Part shown: positions 55,500-64,000 of the stretch, one piece after another | How the letters are laid out: the number at the start of each line of letters is the position of its first letter | Position numbering within the stretch: the stretch's first letter is position 1 | Assembly: GCA_964357255.1 (NCBI GenBank) | Contig: CAYHKQ010000001.1 | Location: 5,018 to 69,017 of the forward strand | Direction: 5' to 3' | DNA from: an uncultured Elusimicrobia bacterium | GTDB taxonomy: Bacteria; Elusimicrobiota; Elusimicrobia; JACQPE01 | DNA length: 64,000 bases | Notes under the pieces: model-generated | Database searches by the model: none | Seen by the model: the letters and a program-made list of their open reading frames with translations, nothing else | What the model was told of the DNA's origin: nothing | Translations under genes and position numbers: made by a program

Positions 55500-55863
55500 T
55501 GCGAATTTAGAATAAAAGTAAAAGGAGACTTGACCCTCAAACAGGAATTCCGGGGACACCCCGCTTAATGCAGGAACCGCTACAAAAAAAAGTTTCCCGT
55601 AGCCTACGATCAATACGCCAAGCTCCTGGAAGAAAAGCAAGCGCAGGAGTCTGCCTTGGCCCAGCTCACGCAGGAATACCTATTGTTAAAAAAAAGAGTG
55701 AGTTAGTGAATTCCGGGGGAATTCCGGAATTTTAAAGCTATTGCGGGAGAATAAAAAAACCGAAGTTTGTCTATACGGCTTGTAGCGCAGAAAAAAGCTG
55801 ACTGTTCGAGGGAAAAATTAGGTTTTAGGGCCGCGTCACGCCCCCAACCGCAGTAAACTCACG

Positions 55864-56907
55864 CTAGGGCACGAGCACGATTTTTCCAAAGAATTGGCGC
55901 GAGAGCATTTTTTCCTGGGCTCCCCGCGCGTCCTTGAGTCCCCAGACGGAATCAATCACGGGACAGAGTTTTTTTTCTTCCACCAGTTGGGTAATTTTTT
56001 GAAACTCGGCCAAGGTTCCCATGATTGATCCCTGGAGCCGGATTTCGCGGGTGAAAAAATATCGAAGATCAATCGGAGCTTCTGGGCCGGCGGTGGCGCC
56101 GCAGGTGACGATGATCCCCCCTTTTTTAACCGATTTAATGGAATTCGCCATCGTTGCCGGGCCCACGTGTTCAAAAACAATGTCTACGCCCCTGCTATCC
56201 GTGGCCACAAGCGCCTCGCGGTAAAACGGGGTTGAGCCGTCGGGCTTGGAAAGGATGGTAATATCGGCGCCCAGGGCCCTGGCCTTGTCTAGTTTGTCCT
56301 CGTTGCCGGCCACCGCCAAGATTGGCTTGGCGCCTGCGAGTTTGGCGATTTGGATGGCGGCAACGCCGATTCCGCTGGCGGCTCCAAGAATTAAAACGCT
56401 GTTGCCTGCCGCAAGGTTCCCCTGGGTCATGAGCATGTGCCAAGCGGTAAGGAATGTCAGCGGGTAGGCCGCCGCTTCCTCAAAGCTGATGTTTTTTGGT
56501 TTGGCCGCTAATTGTCGGGCTTTGACCTTGACAAACTCGGCCAGACCTCCCGGAACATGCTCGCCTAAGATGCCGTAGGCGACGCAAAGATTGTCCCTGC
56601 CCTCCAGGCAGAAGGGGCACTTAAAGCAGGAGATTCCCGGCGAAATTACCACGGCCTCTCCGGCGATCCATCCCTTGACCCCGGAGCCGAGCCGGGCAAT
56701 TTCGCCGCTCGCGTCGCAACCTGAAATGTGGGGCAGGGGAACTTTTAAGCCCGGCAATCCTTGGCGCACCCAGATGTCCAGGCGGTTAAGCGCCGTTGCT
56801 CGCACGCGGACCAGGGCCTCGTCTTGGGCTAAGACCGGATCGGGAAAATTTTCAACATATTCGAGTTTTTCAGGCCCGCCGTGTTCGCGGAAGATGACGG
56901 CTTTCAT
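55864..56907 (-). CDS. Zn-dependent alcohol dehydrogenase / quinone oxidoreductase (MDR family)
   Basis: GAASGIGVAAIQIAKLAGAKP Rossmann fold; the MDR N-domain with the CxxC..C structural-Zn-like cluster CFKCPFCLEGRDNLC. Confidence 0.75.
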   Translation of the reverse strand: MKAVIFREHGGPEKLEYVENFPDPVLAQDEALVRVRATALNRLDIWVRQGLPGLKVPLPHISGCDASGEIARLGSGVKGWIAGEAVVISPGISCFKCPFCLEGRDNLCVAYGILGEHVPGGLAEFVKVKARQLAAKPKNISFEEAAAYPLTFLTAWHMLMTQGNLAAGNSVLILGAASGIGVAAIQIAKLAGAKPILAVAGNEDKLDKARALGADITILSKPDGSTPFYREALVATDSRGVDIVFEHVGPATMANSIKSVKKGGIIVTCGATAGPEAPIDLRYFFTREIRLQGSIMGTLAEFQKITQLVEEKKLCPVIDSVWGLKDARGAQEKMLSRQFFGKIVLVP

Positions 56908-56947
56908 AAAAAGGCAATTTTATTGCCCGAGAGCCCACGAGCCACGG

Positions 56948-57409
56948 TTATCCCCCCCGGGCTTCAAACAGGGTTTGACACGCGAGGCAGTAGCGGCTGT
57001 AGGGAATGACGCGGAGGCGTTTCAATGGAATTGGTTTTTTGCAACGGTCGCAATAGCCGAAGGTTTTATTCGCGATGCGTTGCAGGGCTTCTTCGATTTG
57101 CATCAGGGTTTCTCGTTCCGAGCCGGAAATCTCAAACAGCATTTCTTTTTCGTAGGTTTGCGTGGCGACGTCGGCGTCATCGCCCGGGCTGACCTCGATC
57201 GTGGATGGCAACTCCGTTTTTTTGAGGTCTTCAAGGTCGGCGGCGAGCCTGGCGTGGATTTCAAACAATTCTTTTTTGAACGCCGTCAGCGCCCTGGCAG
57301 GCAGGGGTTTGAGGCGGATTTGCGCTACGGGCGCAAGCTTGGCTTTCGCCGTCAGCTTTGTTTTTATTTTTTCCATAGTCCCTCCTAGCCGATTATTTCG
57401 CTTTTTCAT
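56948..57409 (-). CDS. DksA/TraR-family C4 zinc-finger protein
   Basis: C-terminal CDRCKKPIPLKRLRVIPYSRYCLAC (CxxC-x17-CxxC) after a coiled-coil. Confidence 0.65.
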   Translation of the reverse strand: MKKRNNRLGGTMEKIKTKLTAKAKLAPVAQIRLKPLPARALTAFKKELFEIHARLAADLEDLKKTELPSTIEVSPGDDADVATQTYEKEMLFEISGSERETLMQIEEALQRIANKTFGYCDRCKKPIPLKRLRVIPYSRYCLACQTLFEARGG

Positions 57410-57551
57410 AAGTGGCCGCTATTATAGAAATTCAAATAGGCGACCAGGGTGGCGGTGGAGGGGGCGCAGAATTTTCCCGAGGAACGGAAAAAAGGGGCGT
57501 CATGGTTGGTTTTGCCGTCAATGGTTGTTTCTACGATATCTGATCGAATGT

Positions 57552-58064
57552 TCAGGAGGCCATCGCCGGCGTGCCGGCCTTTTTCTCGATCCAGGAGGCG
57601 GCCCAGAAAAAGGCGGTTCCGTAGAGCATGGTGGCGGCCATTTCGTTGAACAGGAACGGCAGGGCTACGGCGTAGCAGGTGGCCAGGCCGGCCAAGTTGT
57701 GAGGGTACATGCCGGAGACGAGCCACACGCCCAGATTGCTGACGGTAAAAAAGATGGCGGAGGAAAGGCCCAAGCCTCCCAGGCGGCCAGCCCGGCTCGT
57801 CCCGCACCGGCGTCCCAGCCAGGTCGCGGCGAAAAAACCGGCGTATACGAACAGCATGGTCGAGTGCCAGCCCAGGATGGCGTCGGAGGCAAGGAGAATA
57901 ATCATCGGCAAGGCATAAGCCCAAATCCCGGCCATTTTGTTGCCGGAGAAGAAGGCCATGGCTCCGGTCGGCGTGAAATTCGCCGGATGCGGCGCGAGCC
58001 GTGCCGCGGCTCCCAAGAGGATCAGCCCCGCGTAATAAAATTCTTTTTTGTCTATTTTGTTCAT
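57552..58064 (-). CDS. Polytopic membrane protein (ECF-transporter S-component/DUF6580-like)
   Basis: 5-6 TM segments, 170 aa. No catalytic motifs. Confidence 0.35.
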   Translation of the reverse strand: MNKIDKKEFYYAGLILLGAAARLAPHPANFTPTGAMAFFSGNKMAGIWAYALPMIILLASDAILGWHSTMLFVYAGFFAATWLGRRCGTSRAGRLGGLGLSSAIFFTVSNLGVWLVSGMYPHNLAGLATCYAVALPFLFNEMAATMLYGTAFFWAASWIEKKAGTPAMAS

Positions 58065-58108
58065 TGTATTGATTCTCCCTTGTAAACGTTTCTCGACATT
58101 ATTCTATT

Positions 58109-58678
58109 TTATTTGAGCGGCTCAATAATCAAAATGGAAGAATTCCCTTCGCGCCGGGGATTATATTGATCCGGCGTTTTTTTCCCTTCCACAAGATAGT
58201 GGTAGCGGTAGGTGCCGGGGGTAATTTCTATTCCGGCCCTCCAGGTTCCGGGTTTTTCTTTGTTCATTTTAATCGGCGACCAAGAGTTGAATTCGCCGGC
58301 CAGGAAAACTTCCTTGGCGCGATAGTTGACGCAAGTAAAAAGAATGTGACGGGGCAGGAGAGATTTTGTGTCCACGGCTGTTTTGGCTTTTTCAATGTCT
58401 AGGGCGGGCGGCGGGCCGACCGGCTGGGAGGAGATGATAATGGTGGGGCCCTGCGGCAGGCCGGCGGATTTGGGCGTGACGGGACGCGTAATTTTTGCCT
58501 TAAGAAGATCCTGGGTTCGCTTGCGTTCCAAGCGATGGTAGCGGTAAGCGGCGGTGTATCCCGACAGAAAAGAAACCGACAGCGATAAAACGATAATAAT
58601 TTGAAGTTTGGTTTTATCTCTCCCTTGCTGATCGCGCGGCTTTAGGGGTTGCGGCTGTTGTTCTTGAGGGTCGGCCAA
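58109..58678 (-). CDS. Secreted protein with a CBM48/AMPK-beta glycogen-binding-like (E-set) domain
   Basis: N-terminal TM. C-terminal HILFTCVNYRAKEVFLAGEFNSWSPIKMNKEKPGTWRAGIEITPGTYRYHYLVEGK is the CBM48 pattern. Confidence 0.55.
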   Translation of the reverse strand: MADPQEQQPQPLKPRDQQGRDKTKLQIIIVLSLSVSFLSGYTAAYRYHRLERKRTQDLLKAKITRPVTPKSAGLPQGPTIIISSQPVGPPPALDIEKAKTAVDTKSLLPRHILFTCVNYRAKEVFLAGEFNSWSPIKMNKEKPGTWRAGIEITPGTYRYHYLVEGKKTPDQYNPRREGNSSILIIEPLK

Positions 58679-58953
58679 GTGCTTAAGATTTTCTCCAGCG
58701 TTTTGGCCAGGATGAAGTCAAGCTCGGTGACTGCACTGGCGCTATGCGTGAAGAGATTTAGGCGCATTTTGCAGAAAGAAAGATGAATATCCGGATGATG
58801 GTTCATTTCCTCGCAGATGGGGATGAGATTGTTGATGAAACCCACGGCATCCAAGAAATCCTGGAATTTGACTTCGCGGACCAATTGGCCGTTGTCCATC
58901 GTCCAAAGGGGCAGGCTTTTTAGAAGCTCGTTAATTTTTTGTTCTTGAAGCAT
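58642..58953 (-). CDS. Pterin-4a-carbinolamine dehydratase (PCD/DCoH)
   Basis: EEMNHHPDIHLSF matches the PCD motif [EDKH]-x-H-[HN]-P-x-[IVLM]; 103 aa. Confidence 0.75.
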   Translation of the reverse strand: MLQEQKINELLKSLPLWTMDNGQLVREVKFQDFLDAVGFINNLIPICEEMNHHPDIHLSFCKMRLNLFTHSASAVTELDFILAKTLEKILSTWPTLKNNSRNP

Positions 58954-58975
58954 AAAAATTAATTATAGTTTTTCA

Positions 58976-59989
58976 GTGAGATTTTTTATCCTTGTCTTGC
59001 TGGCGGGCAGTTGGGCTTTTGCCCAGGGCGAAGCCAAAAACCCTTTTGTGATGAATGGCTTTCATCTTTTGGCCTGGACTCCGGAGGGTTACGCCCAGGC
59101 CCAGGCCGGGCAGAGCCTGCGCGATATCGCGGCCACCGGAGCCAATTGGGTTGTTATTACCCCGTTTAAGTTCATGGCCGACAAAAATGCCTCGGTGATT
59201 TCCTGGAAAAACGATGCGGCCGGGGATGACGCTTTGCGCGGGATTATCCGCCAAGCCAAGGCATTGGGCCTTAAAATCGCGCTTAAGCCCCACGTGGACA
59301 GCCGCGACGGAACATTTCGTGGATTTATCGATCCCAGGGACACGACGGCTTGGTTTGTGAGCTATTCCTCCATGATCTTCCACTATGCGGCGCTGGCTGA
59401 ACAATCCGGCGCTGATGCTTATGTGGTTGGCACGGAGCTTATGTCCATGACCAAGCCTTTGTTTGCCGGATATTGGCAACAAATTATCCGTCAAACCAGA
59501 CGGATTTATCATGGACATTTAACTTACGCGGCCTTTATGCTTGAATTCGGCGGCATTTCGTTCTGGCCTGAACTCGACTCGATCGGCGTGGACGCTTATT
59601 TTCCGATGGGCAAGCCTGGCTCTTCTGCGACGGCCGGCCAGATGACTAAGATCTGGCGGACCGTTTATATCCCCGCGCTTCGCGTTTTGGCCCGGATAAA
59701 TGGCAAGCCCATTCTATTTTCTGAAATCGGCATTTCCAGCCAAGAGGGCGCCCATGTGATGCCCTGGGTGTATCGGCGAATCGGCAAGATTAACCTTGAA
59801 GTGCAGGCCGATTATTTTGCCGCCTTTTTTGACGCGTTTGACGGCCAGGATTCCTGGTTTTTAGGCTTTTGGCAATGGGGGTGGACCGTGGACCCTAATG
59901 ACGGCGGCCCGAACGATCATACCCATGCCATCGAGGGCAAGCCCGCGCTCGAGGTTTTGAAGCGAGAATTTACGAAAAAAAGCGACTAA
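58976..59989 (+). CDS. Secreted TIM-barrel glycoside-hydrolase-like protein (GH113/GH5-like)
   Basis: Signal peptide; GTELMS and FSEIGISS are candidate catalytic Glu positions typical of clan GH-A. Confidence 0.45.
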   Translation: MRFFILVLLAGSWAFAQGEAKNPFVMNGFHLLAWTPEGYAQAQAGQSLRDIAATGANWVVITPFKFMADKNASVISWKNDAAGDDALRGIIRQAKALGLKIALKPHVDSRDGTFRGFIDPRDTTAWFVSYSSMIFHYAALAEQSGADAYVVGTELMSMTKPLFAGYWQQIIRQTRRIYHGHLTYAAFMLEFGGISFWPELDSIGVDAYFPMGKPGSSATAGQMTKIWRTVYIPALRVLARINGKPILFSEIGISSQEGAHVMPWVYRRIGKINLEVQADYFAAFFDAFDGQDSWFLGFWQWGWTVDPNDGGPNDHTHAIEGKPALEVLKREFTKKSD

Positions 59990-60000
59990 CCCCCGTTTTT

Positions 60001-60690
60001 TTATCCTGCGGTTTCGGAAGCGTTTTTTTCCTCGATGTGGTGACGAATGTCTTTGCCCAGCGTCATGAATATGACGTCTTCCGCTATGTTGGTGGCGTGA
60101 TCGGCGATGCGCTCGAGGTTGCGGGCGATCAGAATGAGCCCCAGCGCCCTCTGAATCGTGGAAGAATCCGATTGCATCAGGCGCATGAGTTCGTGAAAAG
60201 CGTGGCTTTTAAGTTTATCTTCCTCGTCATCCCTTTGGATCACGGAACGGGCTAGATCCGCATCCTTTTTGACAAAGGCATCCAGGCTGTCCTTGAGCAT
60301 AGATTTGGCGAGATCCGCCATGCGAGGGATGTCGAGAGGCTTTTTTTCCAGTTGCGGCTCGTTAAGCAAAACAGCGGTGTTTTCAGAGATGTTCACCGCC
60401 TGATCCGCGATTCTTTCGAGATCCGAGTTGATCTTGACGGCGGCTATGATGAACCGGAGGTCCTGGGCCGCCGGCTGGTGCAATGCTAAAAGTTTAAGGC
60501 AACGATCGTCAATTTCGATGTGAAGACGGTTCACCTCCTCTTCATTTTGAGGCACTTTTTTGAGAAATTCCTCTTTTCTTTCCAAGAGAGCCTTGGTGGC
60601 CAAATGAATCATTTCCTCCGCAAGGCTTCCCATGTGAAGGAGCTTGTTTTTGAGCTCCTCCTCAATTTCTTCAAAATACCGGCGCATCAT
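60001..60690 (-). CDS. phoU: Phosphate transport system regulator PhoU
   Basis: Two PhoU repeats with ERIADQAVNISE and ERIADHATNIAE. Confidence 0.85.
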   Translation of the reverse strand: MMRRYFEEIEEELKNKLLHMGSLAEEMIHLATKALLERKEEFLKKVPQNEEEVNRLHIEIDDRCLKLLALHQPAAQDLRFIIAAVKINSDLERIADQAVNISENTAVLLNEPQLEKKPLDIPRMADLAKSMLKDSLDAFVKKDADLARSVIQRDDEEDKLKSHAFHELMRLMQSDSSTIQRALGLILIARNLERIADHATNIAEDVIFMTLGKDIRHHIEEKNASETAG

Positions 60691-60701
60691 GAGCCTCCTT
60701 T

Positions 60702-61517
60702 TTAGCCGAACCTGCCTGTAATGTAGCCCTGTGTCCTTGAGTCTTGAGGATTGGTGAACATTGTATCCGTCGGCCCGAACTCCACGAGCTCTCCGAGAAG
60801 CATAAATCCCGTGAAATCCGAAACCCGCGCCGCTTGTTGCATGTTGTGGGTAACGATGACAATGGTCAGGTTTTTTTTAAGTTCCATTAGAAGCTCCTCG
60901 ATTTTGGCCGTGGCAATGGGGTCTAAAGCTGAGCAGGGTTCATCCAAAAGCAATACCTTGGGCTGGACCGCCAGCGCTCGGGCGATGCAGAGGCGCTGTT
61001 GTTGCCCTCCGGAGAGATCTGTGGCCGGGGATCGCAGTTTGACTTTTACCTCATCCCACAGAGCGGCCTGGCGCAGACTTTCTTCAACCAATTCTTCCAG
61101 GCTTTTGTCGCCGCGCAGGCCGTTTAAGACAAGACCCGCGGCGACATTTTGAAATATCGTCATGGAGGGAAAAGGGTTGGGCCGCTGAAAGACCATGCCC
61201 ACCTGCCGTCTCAAGAGCACCGGATCCATTTGGAAGATATCCTTGCCGGCCAAGGCCGCCCCCCCCTCCACCGTCGTTCCTGGAATTTCCTCGTGCATTC
61301 TATTGAGACACCTAATCAGGGTGGACTTTCCGCAACCGGAAGGGCCGATGATAGCGGTGATTTTTCTGTCGTAAAATTGGATGCAGACATTTTTTATGGC
61401 GTCACCGGAGCCATAGCCGGCGCTTAAGTCCTTGGTTTCTAAAATAGGAGTGGGGGCTAACGCAGAGCGGAACCCGCCGCTATCAGCAGATGACATTTTT
61501 TTTATCTCCAGCCTCAT
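60702..61517 (-). CDS. pstB: Phosphate ABC transporter ATP-binding protein
   Basis: Walker [10 protein letters not shown], the ABC signature [15 protein letters not shown], Walker B LLLDEP. Confidence 0.9.
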   Translation of the reverse strand: MRLEIKKMSSADSGGFRSALAPTPILETKDLSAGYGSGDAIKNVCIQFYDRKITAIIGPSGCGKSTLIRCLNRMHEEIPGTTVEGGAALAGKDIFQMDPVLLRRQVGMVFQRPNPFPSMTIFQNVAAGLVLNGLRGDKSLEELVEESLRQAALWDEVKVKLRSPATDLSGGQQQRLCIARALAVQPKVLLLDEPCSALDPIATAKIEELLMELKKNLTIVIVTHNMQQAARVSDFTGFMLLGELVEFGPTDTMFTNPQDSRTQGYITGRFG

Positions 61518-61523
61518 AATCCA

Positions 61524-62372
61524 TCAGGCCGCATGGGATCGGCGCATGATGCGGCGCGCGGCGACATTGCCGGCGAGCACAACCAACAGAAGAATAAGCG
61601 CCGCGGCCCAGGCCTGCCTGTGCCAGTCTTCGTAAGGAGAGATGGCGTAGGCGTAGATAGTTAGCGGCAATGCGGCCATAGGGTTTAAGAATCCGTTGTC
61701 CCAGAAGCGGTTTCCAAAAGCGGTGAAGATCAGAGGCGCCGTCTCACCGGCAATGCGGGAAATGGCAAGGAGAATCCCGGTCAATATGCCATGCGAGGCC
61801 GCAGGGAGAATGATTCTCAAAATAACCTTCCAACGAGGCACTCCCAGCGCAAGACCCGCCTCCCTAAGGGAATGGGGAACAAGGCGTATGAATTCCTCTG
61901 TGTTTCTAAGGACAATGGGGATCATGATGATCGCCAATGCGGCGCTTCCCGCTAAGGCGCTGAAGCGCTTCATGGGAAGGACAATCAGAGCATAGGCAAA
62001 CATTCCAATGACGATGGAAGGCATTCCGTTTAAGAGATCGGCTGCGTAGCGGATCAAAAAACCTATGCGATTTCTGCCGTATTCCGCCAGGTAAACCGCG
62101 CCCAGAACGCCCAGGGGAATCGCCATTAGCGCCGCTAGCCCCACGATCTTGGCCGATCCCATGATGGCGTTGGCGATGCCGCCGCCGGTTTCTCCGACGG
62201 GCTTGGGAAGTTTGATAAGAAAATTCCAGGAGATCGAGGAAACGCCATGATAGACAATATAGCCTAAGATGAAAAATAAAACGGACAAGGAAAGCGCTGT
62301 GCACAGAGTCGTCAGGCCGAACATGAGGAAATTGATTTTTTTGCGTCGCTGAAACCGTATTTCTTTTTCCAT
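61524..62372 (-). CDS. pstA: Phosphate ABC transporter permease PstA
   Basis: 6-TM permease with the EAA-like loop; adjacent to pstB and pstC. Confidence 0.8.
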   Translation of the reverse strand: MEKEIRFQRRKKINFLMFGLTTLCTALSLSVLFFILGYIVYHGVSSISWNFLIKLPKPVGETGGGIANAIMGSAKIVGLAALMAIPLGVLGAVYLAEYGRNRIGFLIRYAADLLNGMPSIVIGMFAYALIVLPMKRFSALAGSAALAIIMIPIVLRNTEEFIRLVPHSLREAGLALGVPRWKVILRIILPAASHGILTGILLAISRIAGETAPLIFTAFGNRFWDNGFLNPMAALPLTIYAYAISPYEDWHRQAWAAALILLLVVLAGNVAARRIMRRSHAA

Positions 62373-62376
62373 TCCC

Positions 62377-63357
62377 TCAGACCTTCGCTTCCTGAAGAGT
62401 TAACCGGCGCGTCATGAGCCTCGCTAACGCATTGATCACCAGGGTAATTCCGAAGAGAACAAGCCCTATGGCGACAAGAGAATGAACGTAAAGGTCCGAC
62501 GTGGCCTCAGTCAGCTCATTGGCCAGGACCGCCGCCATGGTGTAGGAGGGGTCAAGCAGGGATAGAGAAATTTTAGGGGTATTGCCGATCACCATGGTGA
62601 CAGCCATGGTTTCTCCCAAAGCGCGACCAATAGCCAGAAATACTGAACTCAGAATGGCAGACCTGGCATAAGGGAGGCTTACCAGGCGCACCGCCTCCCA
62701 CTGGGTGGCCCCCAAAGCCAGCATTCCTTCCTTAAGGGGCCTGGGCACAGAAAGAAGCGCTTCCCTGGAGATGCTGGTGATATAAGGAAGAATCATGAAA
62801 CAAAGAATAAGACTCGCCGAGAGTAGCCCTACCCCGTAAGGAGCGCCGCGGAAAAAGGGAAGAAAGCCAAGATATTTGTCCAGCAAGGGCTCCACGGCGC
62901 GCACTGCGGGCACTAGGATGAATATGCCCATTAGTCCCAGGACAACGCTCGGAATGGCGGCCAGAATTTCAATAAGGAAGGAGCAAACATCGGATATTTT
63001 CCTTGGAGCCAACTCCGCCAAGAAAATGGCTGAACCCAGCCCCAGGGGCAGAGCCAAACAAAGAGCCAGAAAGGAAGAAACCAAGGTGCCATAGATGAAA
63101 GGCAGGGACCCGAAATTTTCCGCCACCGGGTCCCAGACGCTTTTCCAAAGGAAAGAGAGTCCAAACTTGGACCAAGCGAGGCGAGAGTTAAGCAAGAGCT
63201 CCCAGGCCAGAAGGAGGGCAAGGCCGATCACGGTAATCCCAAAGCTCATGACCAAGTAGCGAAAAAAGAGATCACCGGCCTGCTCGCGCAATCCGAGGCT
63301 CTTTCTTTTTATGGCGCTAATTTTATCGGCCTTTCTTTCGATTGTTTTTGCAATCAC
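62377..63357 (-). CDS. pstC: Phosphate ABC transporter permease PstC
   Basis: Polytopic permease, 326 aa, upstream of pstA. Confidence 0.8.
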   Translation of the reverse strand: MIAKTIERKADKISAIKRKSLGLREQAGDLFFRYLVMSFGITVIGLALLLAWELLLNSRLAWSKFGLSFLWKSVWDPVAENFGSLPFIYGTLVSSFLALCLALPLGLGSAIFLAELAPRKISDVCSFLIEILAAIPSVVLGLMGIFILVPAVRAVEPLLDKYLGFLPFFRGAPYGVGLLSASLILCFMILPYITSISREALLSVPRPLKEGMLALGATQWEAVRLVSLPYARSAILSSVFLAIGRALGETMAVTMVIGNTPKISLSLLDPSYTMAAVLANELTEATSDLYVHSLVAIGLVLFGITLVINALARLMTRRLTLQEAKV

Positions 63358-64000
63358 TTGATGCGTTGGATTGTTTTCTTGACCATTTCTTTGACGTTTT
63401 GTGGAAGCGGCGCGTAGCCCAGATTAGGAGCCATCTTCTGCCCCTCCTCAAGCATCCAGACCGAGAAGTCTTTGAGTATCCGGCCTTTGCCCGCAGGGTT
63501 TTCTTCGTAGATCAAAAGCCAAGTGAAGGTGGAGATGGGGTAGGTTTTCCCTCCGGCAACGTTCGTGATGGAGACCCTGAAGTCCTTGGGCATATTTTTG
63601 GCCGCGCCGGCAGCGGCCTGCGTCACCGTTTCCACGGACCCTTTGATGAATTGTCCGGCGGCGTTTTTGACGGGAGCATGCGAAAGCTTGTTATGCTCCG
63701 CATAGATAAGTTCCACATAACCGATGGAATTAGGCGTTTGTTTAACCAAGCCGGCAACACCCTCGTTGCCCTTTGCGCCCAAGCCCGTAGGCCAGTTGAC
63801 CGAGGTCCCTCGTCCCACCTTCTTTTCCCATTCTTTGCTGACCTTGGAAAGATAATCCACAAAGCAGAAGGTCGTTCCGGAGCCGTCTGAGCGATGCACG
63901 ACCGTGATCGGTTCATCGGGAAGCTTAACGTCTGGGTTGACTGTCCGGATAGCGGGGTCATTCCAGCGTTTGATTTTTCCAAGGAAGATGTCCGCCAGAA
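63354..64000 (-). CDS. pstS: Phosphate-binding protein PstS (C-terminal part; the gene continues beyond the right edge)
   Basis: The PBP fold segment GSGTTFCFVDYLSKVS...IGYVELIYA. The reading frame is open to position 64000. Confidence 0.75.
   Translation of the reverse strand, partial: LADIFLGKIKRWNDPAIRTVNPDVKLPDEPITVVHRSDGSGTTFCFVDYLSKVSKEWEKKVGRGTSVNWPTGLGAKGNEGVAGLVKQTPNSIGYVELIYAEHNKLSHAPVKNAAGQFIKGSVETVTQAAAGAAKNMPKDFRVSITNVAGGKTYPISTFTWLLIYEENPAGKGRILKDFSVWMLEEGQKMAPNLGYAPLPQNVKEMVKKTIQRIK

Overview
This window appears to be a 64-kb chromosomal segment from a Gram-negative-type bacterium with fairly high GC content. I infer that from its many signal-peptide and outer-membrane proteins, the Bat aerotolerance genes and a pst operon. 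I cannot assign it to a phylum from sequence alone.

Gene order, with core metabolism interleaved among accessory and mobile material:
- **1–1,844 (-):** a partial CHASE2 sensor Ser/Thr kinase that runs off the left edge. It is not in the ORF track because it has no in-window stop; I found it by manual translation.
- **1,997–7,218:** a divergent FecR-domain protein and predicted outer-membrane barrel proteins.
- **8.1–11.6 kb:** a housekeeping block with four tRNAs (Arg-CCT, Pro-GGG, Ala-CGC, Pro-CGG), apt, a sigma-70 factor, acylphosphatase and a GT28 glycosyltransferase.
- **11.7–19.2 kb:** HU/IHF–MerR, DUF151 nuclease, gpsA, plsY, pgsA-like, hflX, miaA, PilZ, miaB.
- **19.3–25.3 kb:** CoA-transferase A/B, a CCA/poly(A)-polymerase-type nucleotidyltransferase and a GT39-like glycosyltransferase.
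- **25.5–29.9 kb (-):** a five-gene operon for secreted and outer-membrane proteins. It holds two CxxCH proteins, a PorV-like barrel and a surface protein with a T9SS-type C-terminal sorting domain.
- **30.9–37.3 kb (-):** a BatE-BatD-BatC-BatB-BatA-DUF4381 aerotolerance-type operon.
- **37.6–40.4 kb (+):** an aminotransferase plus aldehyde dehydrogenase pair.
- **42.1–51.4 kb:** ychF, several large secreted proteins, DUF58, a Gp49/XRE toxin-antitoxin pair, MoxR ATPase and a class II amidotransferase.
- **51.7–53.9 kb (+):** aspartase/fumarase-class lyase and an MqnA-like protein.
- **53.9–55.9 kb:** a roughly 1.95-kb island bounded by a perfect 22-bp inverted repeat. It carries a truncated RAYT/IS200-like transposase, tandem 23-bp iterons, a truncated IS21 istA and a BrnT/BrnA toxin-antitoxin pair.
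- **55.9–64.0 kb:** quinone oxidoreductase, DksA/TraR, CBM48 protein, pterin dehydratase, a GH-like TIM-barrel protein and phoU-pstBACS.

The main non-annotated signals I found:
- A roughly 152–228-bp MITE-like repeat family with 13-bp terminal inverted repeats, 8-bp target duplications and internal GNRA-loop hairpins. Three clear copies plus one degenerate one sit in intergenic regions, two of them immediately 5' of + strand metabolic genes.
- A conserved N-terminal leader shared by three outer-membrane protein genes, encoded by 8-bp-periodic CGGTTWAG DNA repeats.
- Codon-level tandem repeats in another outer-membrane-protein leader.
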